Source: Tubulanus polymorphus (lineage: Eukaryota > Animalia > Nemertea). From it: a stretch of DNA of 64,000 nt. Below the pieces are notes generated by a model. The model ran no database searches. It worked only from the letters and a program-made list of their open reading frames with translations, and was not told where the DNA came from. The DNA lies in NCBI RefSeq assembly GCF_964204645.1, contig NC_134028.1:21262345-21326344 (forward strand), in the 5' to 3' direction. Positions 51,301 to 64,000 of the stretch are shown piece after piece. The stretch's first letter is position 1; each line of letters starts with the position of its first letter. Both the position numbers and the translations under genes were made by a program.

Positions 51301-51733
51301 GCATTATGGTATCAAGTTCAACCAAAATTGATTACGATCGGCCTTTCGTAGAATCTCCCTGAAGGTCACAATTTTAGTAAATTGACCTTGGGAGGTTTAA
51401 ACCTCCCGAATCCAATTAGCAAAATATCGGTCCTCTATGTCGGCGACAATAAAAGTACCCTGCGCGTAACTTTCTATTGTGCGCCTGCCGCGTTTTGGGC
51501 ACGAGTAGCTTACGTAATCTTAATTGAAAGTTGAGATCACAGGCAGATATTGAGGTCTATGGCCCACACAAAACATCATAAATTGGTCAGGAAATAAAGT
51601 GTTTTGTGGTATAGATGACACGTTTGTACGATTTTACACTGTAGATTTATCATTTTTCAGGACTTTCAGGACCTAAAATCAGCAATATTTTTGATACAAA
51701 CTGAGAAAGTATCAAAACATTTGAGAACGCGTT
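45347..51733. mobile_element. 6.4-kb non-autonomous element with ~420-bp imperfect TIRs, inserted in the BEL relic
   Basis: caaatgttttgatactttctcagtttgtatcaaaaatattgc at 45355 is mirrored at ~51680-51725. The empty site gtttctgaaatatggaatt is at ~29742 in unit 1. Confidence 0.85.
48676..48810 (+). mobile_element. Penelope-like pLTR fragment with a degenerate minimal hammerhead motif (related copy ~60215-60355)
   Basis: gggc-CTGATGA-t-ggctaat-agc-attagcc-GAAAC-att-gctc. Downstream attgtgggatt...acac(g/a)gata(t/a)tgtgt is shared with ~60300. Confidence 0.55.
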
Positions 51734-51966
51734 AAATATGGAATTTAACACAGTTGAATCATTGGTATTTTTGTGAGGGCAAAAATAATCCGACTGATTT
51801 GTTGTCCCGATGGATATCTGCTAAGAATTCGGAAAAAATGATTTGTGGTGGTATGGCCCACAATTCCTATTGTCTGGTCATTACGAATCATTTGTAATGT
51901 TGAATAAGATTGATATGGATTCTCGCAATAATCAGATAGCTGTAAATACTGTAGAGATTTCTCATA

Positions 51967-52750
51967 AGGCTGGTTTATGTCGACGCCTACCGACTCCTAC
52001 CGATGCAACTGAGAGCAACCGCGATCGCAGCCCAGCTTTTGTCGACTGCGCTCCGATTCGCAGCAACTGAGGCCGACTAGCGGGATCGAGATCCACCCAG
52101 TTGCTTTCCTGCTTATGTCGGTTACGATTACTGGCAACTGCAACGGCTCAGATGGTCACGTGATAAGCATTTTGAGAATAAATTTGAATCATTTTGAATT
52201 TTTGGGAAGTATATTTCTATTAGAAAAGCTATTTCTTTAAGATCTTTATCTTTCTGATTCTGTTTTGAATACGATGTGCTAGCGACATCATATAAAGATG
52301 GCCGCTCACACCATAATTCTACCAATTTCGTTTCTAGATCTTCGGTCCAGTCACCTGCCGTGCTGAAGGTTTGGTTTGCGTTTTGAACTACTTGAATTTG
52401 AAAGTTTATGACGAATGACGCTAACTAGCGGTCATGATTTGTACTATGTATATGCAGTCTCTTATTGGCTGGAACCCCTGCGCTCAGTTCTGTCGCGTCG
52501 CACATGAGCTTATGTCGGTTGCGATCGAAAGCAACTGTCCGCCTACCGTAGGCCGGAGTAGAACATGGGCAACTAGCCGGGTACGGCTTGCGACGAGTCG
52601 GTAGGCGTCGAGTTGTCGTCGCAAGCAGGCTTATGTCGAACCGATAGAGCACCAACTGGTGGCCTCTCGTAGGCCGCTAGTTGCCGCTGATCGGCGATAA
52701 AACCAGTTGCGTCGGTAGGCGTCGCGTTGCTTGTCGACATAAGCCAGCCT
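51967..52750 (-). mobile_element. Harbinger derivative with MADF remnant, unit 2 copy
   Basis: Same TIRs and ATA flanks as the unit 1 copy; VELWCERPSLYDVASTSYS. Confidence 0.8.
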
Positions 52751-54716
52751 ATAAAGACGTTGTTAATAACTTGAACAATGCGATCGAAATCGACCGTTTC
52801 GACTCATTTACCAATCTCTTAAAGGTTACGTCATATGTTCCCCGTTTCGTGGATACGAACAAAAATTGTCGAAAGTACTTTGGTGCAATTAGTGTTGAGG
52901 AGATCGAAAGAGCGGAGAGATTTTGGGTACTTAGTTATCAAGGGTTCACTTTGAGAAGTTGTCAAAACGGGAAAAGTAAACTACCAGCTATCGCTCATCA
53001 GCTAAGATTATATCTTCTGATGGGGTTTTTCGTTGGGCGGGGAGAATTCAGAAGGCTATGTTACCAGAATCAACTAAATACCCATCTTTGCAGCCTAAGT
53101 ATAACAACTTCACAAGTTTGTGTATAAAGTATGCTCATTGTACAGTCATGCATCAAGGGTTAATTGACACGATGTGCTTTATTCGGCAGTGATACTGGAT
53201 AACATGCATTAAGAGGAGAAGTGATTGCATTGTATGCAAGTTAATCAATTGAATGCCTTTTAAGCTACCTGTTCCAGCCCCGTTGCAATCAGTACGCATG
53301 CGCGAGGCGCACCCATTTGTTACGTTTGTCAGGTGTAGTTTACACTGGTGCTCTGCATGTTAAAAGTTTTGTTTTTCTAATCAACAGTTAAAAACCTATA
53401 AAAACCTGTCTTTTCACTTGCGCAGTTACGCGTGTGATACATCTCGAGCTGGTTTCAGATCTGAGTACGGATTCTTTCCAACAAGCATTTCGTAGGTTCT
53501 CAACACATCGCAGCTTGCCTAGAACCTTGATTAGTGACAATGCGTCAAATTTCGTGTGCGCTTCGGACGAACTTTCTTTATTATTCAGAGATCCTTTAAT
53601 CAAGTAATCAAAGGCTTAACGCCCCGTAGAATGGCGTTTTATTCCAAAAAGTGCCCCATTGCACGGGGGATTTTGGGAGAGATTGGTCGGTTGGTTAAGT
53701 CTTGTCTAAAGAAAGTTCTCGGTCGAGCTCTCGTTAGTTTTGAAGAAATGTGAAGAACACTTGTTGTGGAGTGTGTGTCAATTTTAAATGATCGTCCAAT
53801 AACACATGTTTCTTTAAGTATTGTGTGAACCATTATCAAAAAAGGTTAACTACCTAACCACATCCTAAAGTAGATGAAGAATCTGTAGATGATCCAAATT
53901 ACGGTCAAACCGGGTTAAACCATCAGCGTATCACTCGCCGTGCTCAGCTTATTTCTCAGTTTTGGTCAAGATGGCACCACGAATATCATTATCATTATTT
54001 GTTGAAAATAATGTATTGTTAAACTGAATGTGATATATTGAAAAAGATAAGTGTGTCGGATAATCCTGCAATAGAGCATCGAGTTTCACGACTGATTATC
54101 TTATAATCGTTATATCTGAGGAATAAATATTGAGGGAGTGCTGTTCTCTTCTGATAAGAGAAACTACGTTGTCCGTTTTACGGCTCTATATTTCGTCTGC
54201 TCACCAGGGAAACTACGACACGATCTAGCGACACGAAATATTGATGTCTCATTATATTCATTTAATGTCAAATTGCGTAATTTAAAGCATTTGACTCCGA
54301 ACCATAGCACTTAAAATTGGAAATTATACGTAAAATCAATTTTTTATTTCCATTTAGTCTATTGTTGTTTTAGAAATTATATTATTTTCGAGCTTTGCCT
54401 AAAACTCGTTTCGACATAGTCAAAATCAACATTTTATGATGATAACAGCACGTAATTTCGTTGTCATCTGCGCAGTGTTGCAGCGGGTCTAGAATGAAAT
54501 GTCCTTTTTCTTTACTACGTGTAGAAAAAGACATTCATGTAACTTTTTACGCTTATGTAATTGCGATGCGAGTGTGTTTTGTACTTTTCACAGAAGAAAT
54601 AAACTAACTTTCAAAAAATAACAACCAGCCAACTACTGAACTGAAAGTGAATTTATAGTTCTTCTTTACCGATCTTAATTCATTAAAGCTTAAAGGTTTG
54701 TTATATCTATTCGTAT

Positions 54717-55658
54717 CTATTTACGGCATTTATAAAAGCAGTCCTTCCTGAGACATTGACCGTAGCAGAATTCTTGACTGAATGGTTGCATCCTACATCC
54801 CGAACTGCAGTTCATAGTGCATAGGTAGCATGAAACCCAGTCACCGTTAACAACCGCAGCGCTCGCAGCGACCATAATCAGAACTAAAATAAACACACAC
54901 TGAAAAAAACGTTTAAATGCTTCAACACATTTTACAGTAATGACGAAAGAAACTTTTCACATTAGGCCGCACCAAAAGAAAACCAATATATCGTCGTATC
55001 ATCATTTTCAGATAAAATATTATTGCCTACCGACCCTTTTTCAAAGTATTATGTGAAATAACTTTCGAAAATATATATGTGGCCGACCGATTACCATACT
55101 CTCCATTCTCGTATTTTTTTTCTTTTTAATCAAATCGTGATGTCGGCACTGAGACCAACATCATAGAAATATTTTATCACATCGGAGTTAACGATTTGAT
55201 TCTGGAAATGGTGCAGCCATGCTCAGACATTGATGGCCACCTTGGATTGTAAAATTCCAGGTGAAATATGTTCAAAATATGGTTTTGTTTATAGTTAATT
55301 GTACAATCACGTCAACTTCCTTTTATCATAGCGGTCTACTAGCTGCCAATGATATTCCTGACTAAAAATTTGGTCTACAGTTATAAGTATTTACGGCGAC
55401 CTACCCATTTTCAAAAGTAAACCCAAATTCTATTTTCTATAAAAAGAAATTCCCTATCTAACTACCAATTTTGGTGATTGCCTCACCCGAGAAACGTGAT
55501 TTTTTGGTGTGGCCTTGTACATTTCAGAAACAACAACTAGATTTAAGGAAAATGTCAGAAACATAAAACAGCGTTCCTGGTGTATAAATTAAACGACTGA
55601 TTCCCGTTATCCCGTGCAATATATTTGCATAATGTTTATCATGTAGATATACTTTCAT
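54717..55658 (-). CDS. Small secreted 8-Cys peptide (toxin/antimicrobial-like), apparently intact
   Basis: Exon 54899-54717 follows a TTTTTTTCAG acceptor and reads CVFILVLIMVAASAAVVNG-DWVSCYLCTMNCSSGCRMQPFSQEFCYGQCLRKDCFYKCRK*. A candidate start micro-exon ATGAAA|gtatat at 55658-55653 would give MKCVFILV... (exon 1 tentative). Not in the ORF track. Confidence 0.75.
54964..55515. mobile_element. Non-autonomous TIR element (Kolobok-like termini) in the putative peptide intron
   Basis: Termini aggccgcaccaaaa / tttttggtgtggcct. The superfamily assignment is an inference. Confidence 0.6.
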
Positions 55659-58366
55659 TTACTACTGACTTTATATGCTATGTACTTGTAAGATCGCAAG
55701 TTTGAATCAAGTAGTTGAGGTGTTTTCGATTCAAAGAAAACTAATGACGGACACTTTACCTTTGATGACATGTTCACAAATTGCTGTCAAAATTTTCGAT
55801 TTTCCTGGATATTTTTGTCGTCAACTGCGCAGATCTCAGTTCGCATTTGTTTTGACGATTGAATGAATCTTATTGTTAGATATATAACGGACGGTGATAT
55901 TTGATATGAACGCTCATCCAACCATCTGTTCAAATACAACGGTCTGCTCGGTATTTACGACTGACAAAAATGTCGAAATCATCGAAACCTCAGTCAATAA
56001 TGAGAAATATATGGTCTCGTTGTAGGCCTACTGAGGCTTATATGTGATCGAGTTGCTGCAAACCATAAATGAGAGTTTGATCGATCAACCTAATCAATAA
56101 TGTTTATTCATTAATTCAATATGCTATCTTTCTGGGCCTCGTTGAGCCATAGAATCCGGCCGATACCAATGACGGACTTTGCTTCAATCCAGTAGAGACC
56201 AGTTAATACCATAAAAAGATACATGTATGTTAACAATGCATTTTGATACTTAAGCATTTGATTGACTTCAGGTGCTGCAACTTCTAATGGTACTTCCTCA
56301 GCAGTAGTTCCACTGATAATTCTTGGTTAGAATTTATCTCAAAGTTCGAATTGATATCGGGTGTATCGGTACAATGGAGGAAGCTGGTCCAATGTACGAG
56401 CAATCATTGCTGGTGGTGTACGTGTGTATATGCAGATTCTATTCAATCTACGAGTAATCATTTGAGATGATTGCTCGTAGATTCGACCATTTCATCCCAC
56501 GTGAAGTAATGTATCATTCGTTACAATCACATGTCGAATGTCGTAATTAGAAACTTGTCACTATTTCACTGAATCGTTGAAGTCGTTTACGGAGATATGA
56601 AAATAACTATACAATTCATAATTTCAAGAATCATGATAATGCATGTCTGAAATTCAGGCCAGTTCAGTTGGTGGGAAATCGATTACTTTTCAATGGCGAT
56701 ATTCTTTTTTAGATATGGAATTGTTAAAGTAAACCTGATGGCAATCGATGGAATTTCATGAACACAGGTGGACAGGTGGACGAAGCCCGGTAGCAAATTT
56801 TCAAACACTCCAGTAGATCTGAAATGCATATGTATATTGATTAAAAAAATAGATTTACTGAATTATTTCTAGATTCCTATTTCAGAACAACAATATAGAG
56901 TATCCCGCACTCAAAACGGAAAACCAAGAAAAGCCTATCTTTAGTTGAATGATTTATTTCAACGCATTCGACGAAGTGGTCTCTTTATTCTGGATTATAT
57001 ATTCATTAATACATTTGTTGTATAACTTAAATATTCCTGAAGATGACTATAAGAACATAGACGCAACGTCAAAAAAATCGTTGTCTGAAAGAAACTTTTT
57101 GGACTTGTTTTTCTCTTTTTGTTGTAAAAGATTCTATATGTTATCGTTACAGCACATTCTCGGAGTATTTCATCCGGGGTTCTTACAGATCTGGACACCA
57201 AAAATTCCCTGAAAATTCCCTGATTTTCACTGACCCTTGACCCAAAATTTCCTGATCATCGTCACCAGCAGCAGCAAAAACAACGAGACACCAAAAATCC
57301 ACATTTTCTGATTAAATTGTGGTTGTATCGTCGGTGGGGGCTTTTTCTACTCAAGAGGTGTCTTGTGCCAAAAGTAAATACAGAAAATAGATTCAAATCA
57401 ATCCTTTGTTATATAGTCACGTGAGTTCTTATCAGCTTGGTGAGCAATGTAAGTATTCTTACATAGCAAGAGTTTCTCGTTGAGATCAGCTTCAAACTGC
57501 TTCACTTCACACGATTTGTCTTTATAAGTCTTTCGGTGCGAATTTGATTTTGCAACTAAGCTACGAATTATGTACAATTTGGAGCAATAAAGAATAAATG
57601 TAAATGTAAATGTAAAAATGTACGAAGTTCCACTCGCTACATTTTCTGCTCAGAGGTTATTCCCAAAACAAGCGGATCATTAATTGCTATAACCACGGTT
57701 ATTAGCGTTATCGGTTTTGTAATTATTCTAAAGTAGTTATATACAATAATACGTGTATTTAGTGTTTATTTGTTCACAGTGGAAATTATGTCATTATGTT
57801 ATTTGTCTCCACTGAATCCAACCGGACTCAATCATCATTTCAGTTGTACGTAGTAAACGTCGATAACATCCAAATATTCGGTGGTTTTCCGAGCTCGGAA
57901 AAAGCTGAAGTGCGAACGATAGAAATATCGTTTTCAATCGTGTCTGATTTTTCACGTGGATATTCAAAACGAACTGTGAAAAATGAAGCGAACATTCGTA
58001 TATGTTCTCATTGTGGAGGTCATCATCTCTACATCGACCCCGATCGCAGGTACTTTTTCGAATCTACATTTTTGCTAGCTTAAGAGTGAAGACGGGAATT
58101 AAACCGTATAATTCGAATATTGATTAATAAAAACAATTAGAAATGGCTAGATATCGTATATTAACCATTAACTTGGGGTTCTCATATTAAAAACTGAATC
58201 TTGTTGACGAGTTTTGATTGTATGTAAGAGAACTTCTAGATACGCTAAGTCTAATATATAACTATATTATATATCTATATATCCTATACATAACTATTTA
58301 GAAATTATAGGTAGTTTTATCTGTGCGTGACTTTTCTCAAATCTAAAGTTGTATTCATTTTTCCAG

Positions 58367-59388
58367 CTACAAGACGCGATAATATCATCAACTCAACAAC
58401 AATAGAAGAAGTACAAAGTAATAGCAATAGCAAGAGCAATAGCGAGGAAGACGACTGGACCTATAGTAACAGTAAAGAAGGCGCCCTCGTGGCGACTGAA
58501 ACAAACAGTTTTGATTTCAACGAATCGAATCCAAACTTATTTGCGGCTTGCGATGGTTTGGGACACAATTCATTTCTGGCCTACGCCCGTCGCTTCGCAA
58601 AAACTATTCACCTATTCTATAACGAAGATCGTGTCCGCAAAATTACATTGGGTGATTCAGTTTACGGCATCGCGTGCAATAACCAGTATCTGTACGCTTT
58701 GACCGGACAATTCTACGTGAAACGAATAACGTTACGAGTTTTCACGAACGGCGATGCGTCCACTGAGCGAACCGATGTCGTTGATGATCTTCACAGTTAC
58801 AAAAACGGCGTCCAGCCATCTAATATAATCATTAAAAACGGAGTGATGTTTGTACAGTTTAGTTACTGGATCAGTCGTTGGCCGCTTAACGATCCCGCTT
58901 CTGATATCAGCTTAGTGTCCAGGGAGGGCGCTACCAAATTGAAAATACCACGTGGAGAATTTAGCGAACCGGGAAACCTAGCCATCAACTCCAACAATCG
59001 AATGTTTCTAGCTCGTAATCCCAGGGGTTATCTATACATGTTATCCACCGAAGGTAAAGTCAAAAGTAAATTAAGTCTAGGCGAAGCAATCGCGGAAGCT
59101 GGATTCAATAAGTCGGCATCACTATCAGGCCCGTATTTGTCGTGTTTGGGAGACAAGTCTCAGTCATTGTTAATGTCTGTCAGTGATTCGCATCATTACA
59201 AATCAGCTGTTATTGAAATTCGCTACAATTCTGAAAAGTTGTTCGATTCGAGAACGATTCTGAAAATGGACAATGTTCAAACGGGAAGTTTGGTGAGCGT
59301 TCTCCATATTTTCGGCGTTGCTGGTTATTATCGAGATTCGAATACAGCGAAATACAAGATGGTCGTGTATGCAACCAATCATCATTAA
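58367..59388 (+). CDS. Terminal exon encoding a probable beta-propeller (NHL/TRIM C-terminal-like) domain
   Basis: 1-kb open frame after an ATTTTTCCAG acceptor. A Ser/Asn-rich linker precedes blade-like motifs VYGIACNNQYLYA, PSNIIIKNGVMFV, PGNLAINSNNRMFLA and LLMSVSDS. Upstream exons are unresolved. Confidence 0.6.
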
Positions 59389-62300
59389 ACTTGATTCTTT
59401 CAGACGTGAATTATCATATGTTCTTAATTTTCGAATGTTCAAAGAGTTATTTTCTATTCGAGAGAGAACTAAAATAAATGTAGTACGTGTATTGATCATT
59501 CGGGAATTCTATTCTTTTTGGGGTCGTATGGATGATGGCTTGTTCAAATTGGCATTCTTCATTTTTTGTCGATTCGGGGAGTAATGCGCAAAGTGGCTGA
59601 CATTGAAATCCCACACTTGGAAGAATCGCTGAAACTCCTCTCGTGATATTTGCTCTTTATCTTGTTCACGTTCATCAATGTTATGGTTTGTAGTAGTTGG
59701 AAGCAGTTTTCAGCATTTTCAGTGCGGATTAAGTAGTACTTTTTAGAAGATTGCGCTCATGATGGACATTGTAACTGCTCATCGTGATCTGTCAAACCAC
59801 CATCTGAACAAACTGATCCTGCACACGTATATACGCTTATCTTTTTAACCATAATGAAAAATAGGATTTTACCAAATTGGAATAATTTCTTTTTTAAAAT
59901 GACTTTTTAAATCTTTATTAACTGAGAGAACAATTTCATTTATACATCGTTAAGCCGCCACAGTAAATCTTGCGAGTCACATCTTGACCGCCTAGTGCTG
60001 CCCCTATGCACAACGAAAACGTGAACTTACATTTTACTCGCTTGCCAGACACTTGGAACGGCTCGGTGGACAAACTATTCAGCAATTTGCGGGCATTCCG
60101 AGAAATTTCTGAACACTGCTGAAACCACTCACCTGGCATTTATCTTTCCATACAATCTCATTTAATCATAAAATCTCGATTATAATAATTTACTCAAATG
60201 ACAAATGTCATCAAATCCTGAAGATGGCTTATTAGGATATAGTCGAAACGAATAAACCACTTACTCAAGGAAAGATTGTCGGACTTTATTTTTCGTCATA
60301 ATTGTGGGATTCTCTGCATAATCGTCACAACACAGATATAGTGTCTTCTTTATCGTTGTAGTGTTGTTACAGTTGACAGTCAGACTTCAGTTTGCTTGTT
60401 TCACGATCTGCTTTCTCACTAACATGTTGATTACTTGATTGACAGGACTTGACAAAATTGACCATGAAAAAAATCATCGATTCTTTCGATGTGCTAAACG
60501 TTTACGAGACCAAAGATTCTACACAAACAAATTGGACTATAACCACTGTAAGTAGCAACTACTAGGTCGAATTAGCGTCGAAAACTGACACAAACGGGTA
60601 AGATTTCGAAATCAAAGAACAGATACAGTTGGATAGTCGATCGAATTTACAGAGGTTTTTGTTCGAATTAGTGCGTAATAGGAAATTTCAGTATTCCGTC
60701 CAACTTGAACCAACAAGCGGCTGATTATTTCCCTTGCCGTTTCATTACATTTAGAAGGGTCTCAGATGATTGGGTCGTTTTCCACGTGTAAATTAGTCCG
60801 AACGATTTTTTGTTTGTGGCTATTATCAATTGAATAAGTCATTTCTAATTAGTAGAAATGATATCTGAATGGACCTGATCTGAACTTGATGTACATTCAT
60901 TAAAGGCATTTATTTATGTTAATAGTACATGTACATACGTTAACGCGAGCACGCACAGTCTTGAGAGTTTGATTTACAGTTCCATAGGCTTCCATGCATT
61001 TAAAATATCATTTCGTATCTTTTACGGTTAAACCTCCAGCGTGACGTTGGCGCCATTTTTGACCGCATGAGTGTACGGTTTACTACCGCTAGGCATATAC
61101 ACTCTCTCTAATCCGCCACGAACGCAGCTTTCGATTTTCCGCCAAGTGACGTATCCGCCATCCACCACGTGACGTATCCGCCATCCACCACACAAATTTC
61201 GGAACAAATCTTATAACATTACATGTTCGATAATCCGCTACGGGCGACAATTCCGTTCAAAAATCGGCGTTTCGTCTTATTGTCTGTATCTTGATAAAAT
61301 GTCATAGTTATCGTCAAGATGTCTAGGTGTAACGTCAAATTGTGTCGGCTAAATGACACAACGCTGATTTTTGAAGGGAACTGTCGCCCATACTCAACCT
61401 TCAAAAATATCTATCGCATTTTAGTTACCGGAGTACAAATTTACTTATCGGCAACAATTAGATTACAGCACTTCACTGAAAGCTAGACTAGATGGACAGC
61501 GGTAGATGTACCAGCATAAATTGAAAATTTTTCCGATCTTTCAAATTGTCAATCTAAATAGTATACTATAATGAATCATTTTATGGCAATAGTAGAAAAT
61601 TCTTGAAAAAGTGTCAGTTACCCTTTAAACTAGTGTCAGAGTATTTTGAATAATCTCTCATCTTTTTATTAAATAAGCAGAGTTCGATAAAACAGATCAT
61701 CAAAGTTCTAACTACAAAAACTACATCGAACGAATATGTTTTGAGCTAATTTCGAGCGTCTTGAAGAAAACGAACATTTCTAAAATTCACTCATCTACCA
61801 TGCTCGTTAATCCGACCAAATCACGGAGGTCCCGATAGTGCCGAGTAACCGGGAATCGTCTGTATAACACATTTTGTGATATCGGTAAACATAACTCATT
61901 CATACGTTTACCGGTACAGCTTCAGTATTCAAAATTCGGCTTCGGTATTCAAAAAAGTCACCACCAAATTTTTTGGTGGCGATTTATCGGGGATGTTTTA
62001 ATGTGTATTTGTATCGAGATGCTGTACAGAAATGTATTGGCGGTGGCGGTAAATGGTAGGGGCATTGTCGGGTTTTTTTCAGTTCAGATTTCAACCTAAT
62101 CTTCCTTACATTGCGAAACTTGGCGGTATGCGGGTGGCCCTTTATGGGAGGGCGGTATATTTCGCATCTCGTTTCGCATATAGGAAATCCTTCGTCCTTT
62201 ATCACTTTTTCGTTGAGAGTTTCCTCGATTTCAAAATTCCTTACTGATACCAGGCACTTCAAGCAGGTTCACGTGTAATTATGACATCATCTTTTATTAC

Positions 62301-62999
62301 AACGAGAAAAACAATCTTTGAATATAATATTGAGTACATTAATGGATCATCATTTTTCTGTATCTTAAAGTATTGTTCTTCATCTCAGCTGTCCTTCCAT
62401 CCTTTCGTCCGTTCAAGACCCCACCGCCAGCTTCCTTGTCGACGCAACGCAATCCTTTTGAATTACAGAGCATCGTCATCCCGCATCACCTAAAAATATA
62501 AGAAAAGAATTGAAACGCACAACCGGAACGACCTCACACGATGTTTGGCCATACACTGATCATATCTTAGTCAGGACAGCTTAATAGGGGAACCCAATCT
62601 ATATGAAACACTGCTACTTACCGAATTTCACGGTCACTTAAAACACCACTTTCTCGTCGACGAGATCAACCTTGAAAGCGCTGCTGTTACCACTCAGCAC
62701 CACCCTGAAATAATACAATTATAAAACCGATAGTTTCTGTATGGGCAATTATCACTGCACCCAATAGTTAAGAGAGTTACCCAGTTTATCCCCTAACGAT
62801 TTCAATACAAATGGTAATATAGTTCCTCGCCCTCAGCGTACACCTTAACTAGGCCTATGCGTTCAATCATTTTCTCCTTGATTGATCCTCTAATTATACC
62901 GGTCATCCCATCTATAATCAATGTAAACCTCTACTCAAAATTGAATTTGAATTCTCGCGCGAGAAAACCAAACTTTTGAATTCTCAGCCGCTACAGTAC

Positions 63000-64000
63000 C
63001 ACTACCACCACCACCAGTGGCAGCAGTAGCAGTGCCGCAACCACCAGCAGCAACAGTAGCTCCACAAGAGTGGGAAAAATTGCAGGACCTTGATGAGGAA
63101 ACTCTTGCACTCATCGGATTCTGGCAAAGCGGTGCCATAGAGGCGTACGTACGAAAATATGAGTTCCCATCCACTGAAAACAATCAGTCTCTATATTAAA
63201 CCAGTACTTAATCCGACTGCATAAAGCTAGGTAGATAGGGTGGGATAAACCGGTTTAACAGCATTCATATTATATTAGAAAAAGATGTTGATGTTGTCAA
63301 CATGGAACTGTGTATTTTACTAGCCACATTCGAAGTGCTTTCAATGGCGAACAATTTGACGAGCTCTTAGATCAGGCTAAGAATAAAATGATCCTATATT
63401 GGAACAATATAATACCGAGGATACTGGTTGGAGGTTTGATTACTATGTAGATCCGCACGAGTTAGATCCATAAAACTGGAACTCCGAAACGGATGACAAG
63501 AAATATCGTATATCATCAGGTTAAGAGGGAAGGTAATCATCGTATTCAAGGAACAAATCCTCGATGAAGTCGTTACGAGAATAAAGCTTAGTACGTGTAA
63601 AAGTTTACGAAAGTTTATTAGTGCTTAACGGAGTTAAGCAGTAAATTACATGTACTGTACAACAATGTTATAAGAAGTAGGGAAGGAGGAAGTTATTTGA
63701 AAATTTCTTTTGTAGTGTAATTCAAGAACTATTAATGATTTAGGATTTCGACAAGTACTACAACTAATTATAACATTATAATGAGGGAGCTGGGCGGGTA
63801 TTTGATTGTATAACTTCATGTATTTTAAATATAGGACAGGTGCATTTCAACCTTTATATATATATGCGGGGAGCTATATTCCAACCCCTCAAAAATTACA
63901 ATCCACAAAGTCGATTGGTAATATCCGTAACGATGATGATGATAAATGCTTCCTGTGATGTATTCTTGCATCGTTGCATGACATGCCGACTAATGCACAC
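63000..64000 (+). mobile_element. Decayed Polinton/adintovirus-like protein-primed DNA polymerase N-terminal region
   Basis: NEGAGRVF...GSYIPTPQKLQSTKSIGNIRNDDDDKCFL*CILASLH resembles the (E)GSGW...GSYIPLP...IIN..N.DNKCF.W.ILA.LH motif of these elements. Stops are present and the region runs off the window. Confidence 0.6.

Larger units (their letters stand above)
42893..54220 (+). mobile_element. Decayed BEL/Pao LTR retrotransposon, unit 2 (retains gag; interrupted by insertions)
   Basis: gag-like LDLPKFRG and QKFNYLKTLLAGEAEQTVGGLTLAEAGYQIALDIL; RT at 43840-44200; RNase H at 45045-45340 and 51735-51960; integrase HLELVSDLSTDSFQQAFRRF and ISDNASNF; LTR-like segment 54000-54220. Confidence 0.9.
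34793..54918. repeat. Segmental duplication unit 2, expanded by insertions
   Basis: Collinear with 19659-33335, with extra sequence at ~35040-35515, ~39500-40330, 44207-45040 and 45347-51733. Confidence 0.92.

Noticed and set aside
55670-55675. TATAAA upstream of the candidate peptide start codon
   Set aside because: Only ~12 nt from the ATG, too close for a canonical TATA box, and common in AT-rich DNA.
62330-62710. Exon-like segments on the minus strand with good splice signals
   Set aside because: Contain in-frame stops and no recognisable protein; cannot be supported without transcripts.

Overview
This is AT-rich, intron-containing animal DNA, not prokaryotic. The gene and repeat families suggest a lophotrochozoan invertebrate (inference). 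I reconstructed these genes by hand from GT-AG sites and intron phase. (1) The 5' exons of an SLC22-type transporter (-). (2) A 3-exon secreted protein with a C-terminal PAN/Apple-like module (-), facing a decayed inverted paralog. (3) A complete 20-exon, ~918-aa M1 aminopeptidase N that appears secreted rather than membrane-anchored (+) and is transcribed divergently from gene 2. (4) A tandem segmental duplication (~19.7-33.3 kb and ~34.8-54.9 kb). Each unit holds a 2-exon ~845-aa class B/adhesion-like GPCR, a decayed BEL/Pao LTR element with a nested Harbinger derivative, and a small secreted Cys-rich peptide gene. The peptide copy at 54.7 kb is absent from the ORF track and appears intact: 8 Cys in a CxxCxxxCxxxC...CxxxCxxxxCxxxC ladder, resembling a helical-hairpin toxin or antimicrobial peptide. 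The copy at 33.1 kb has lost its splice acceptor and one Cys. (5) A beta-propeller-like exon and a Polinton/adintovirus-like polB relic near the end. Non-coding highlights: a 9-bp-TSD MITE with outward-facing tRNA-like A/B boxes in both TIRs, twin MITEs bracketing a GPCR exon, a templated patchwork junction, an inverted copy of the aminopeptidase 3' end, a 6.4-kb long-TIR insertion and degenerate Penelope-type hammerhead motifs. All calls come from manual reading; no searches were run.
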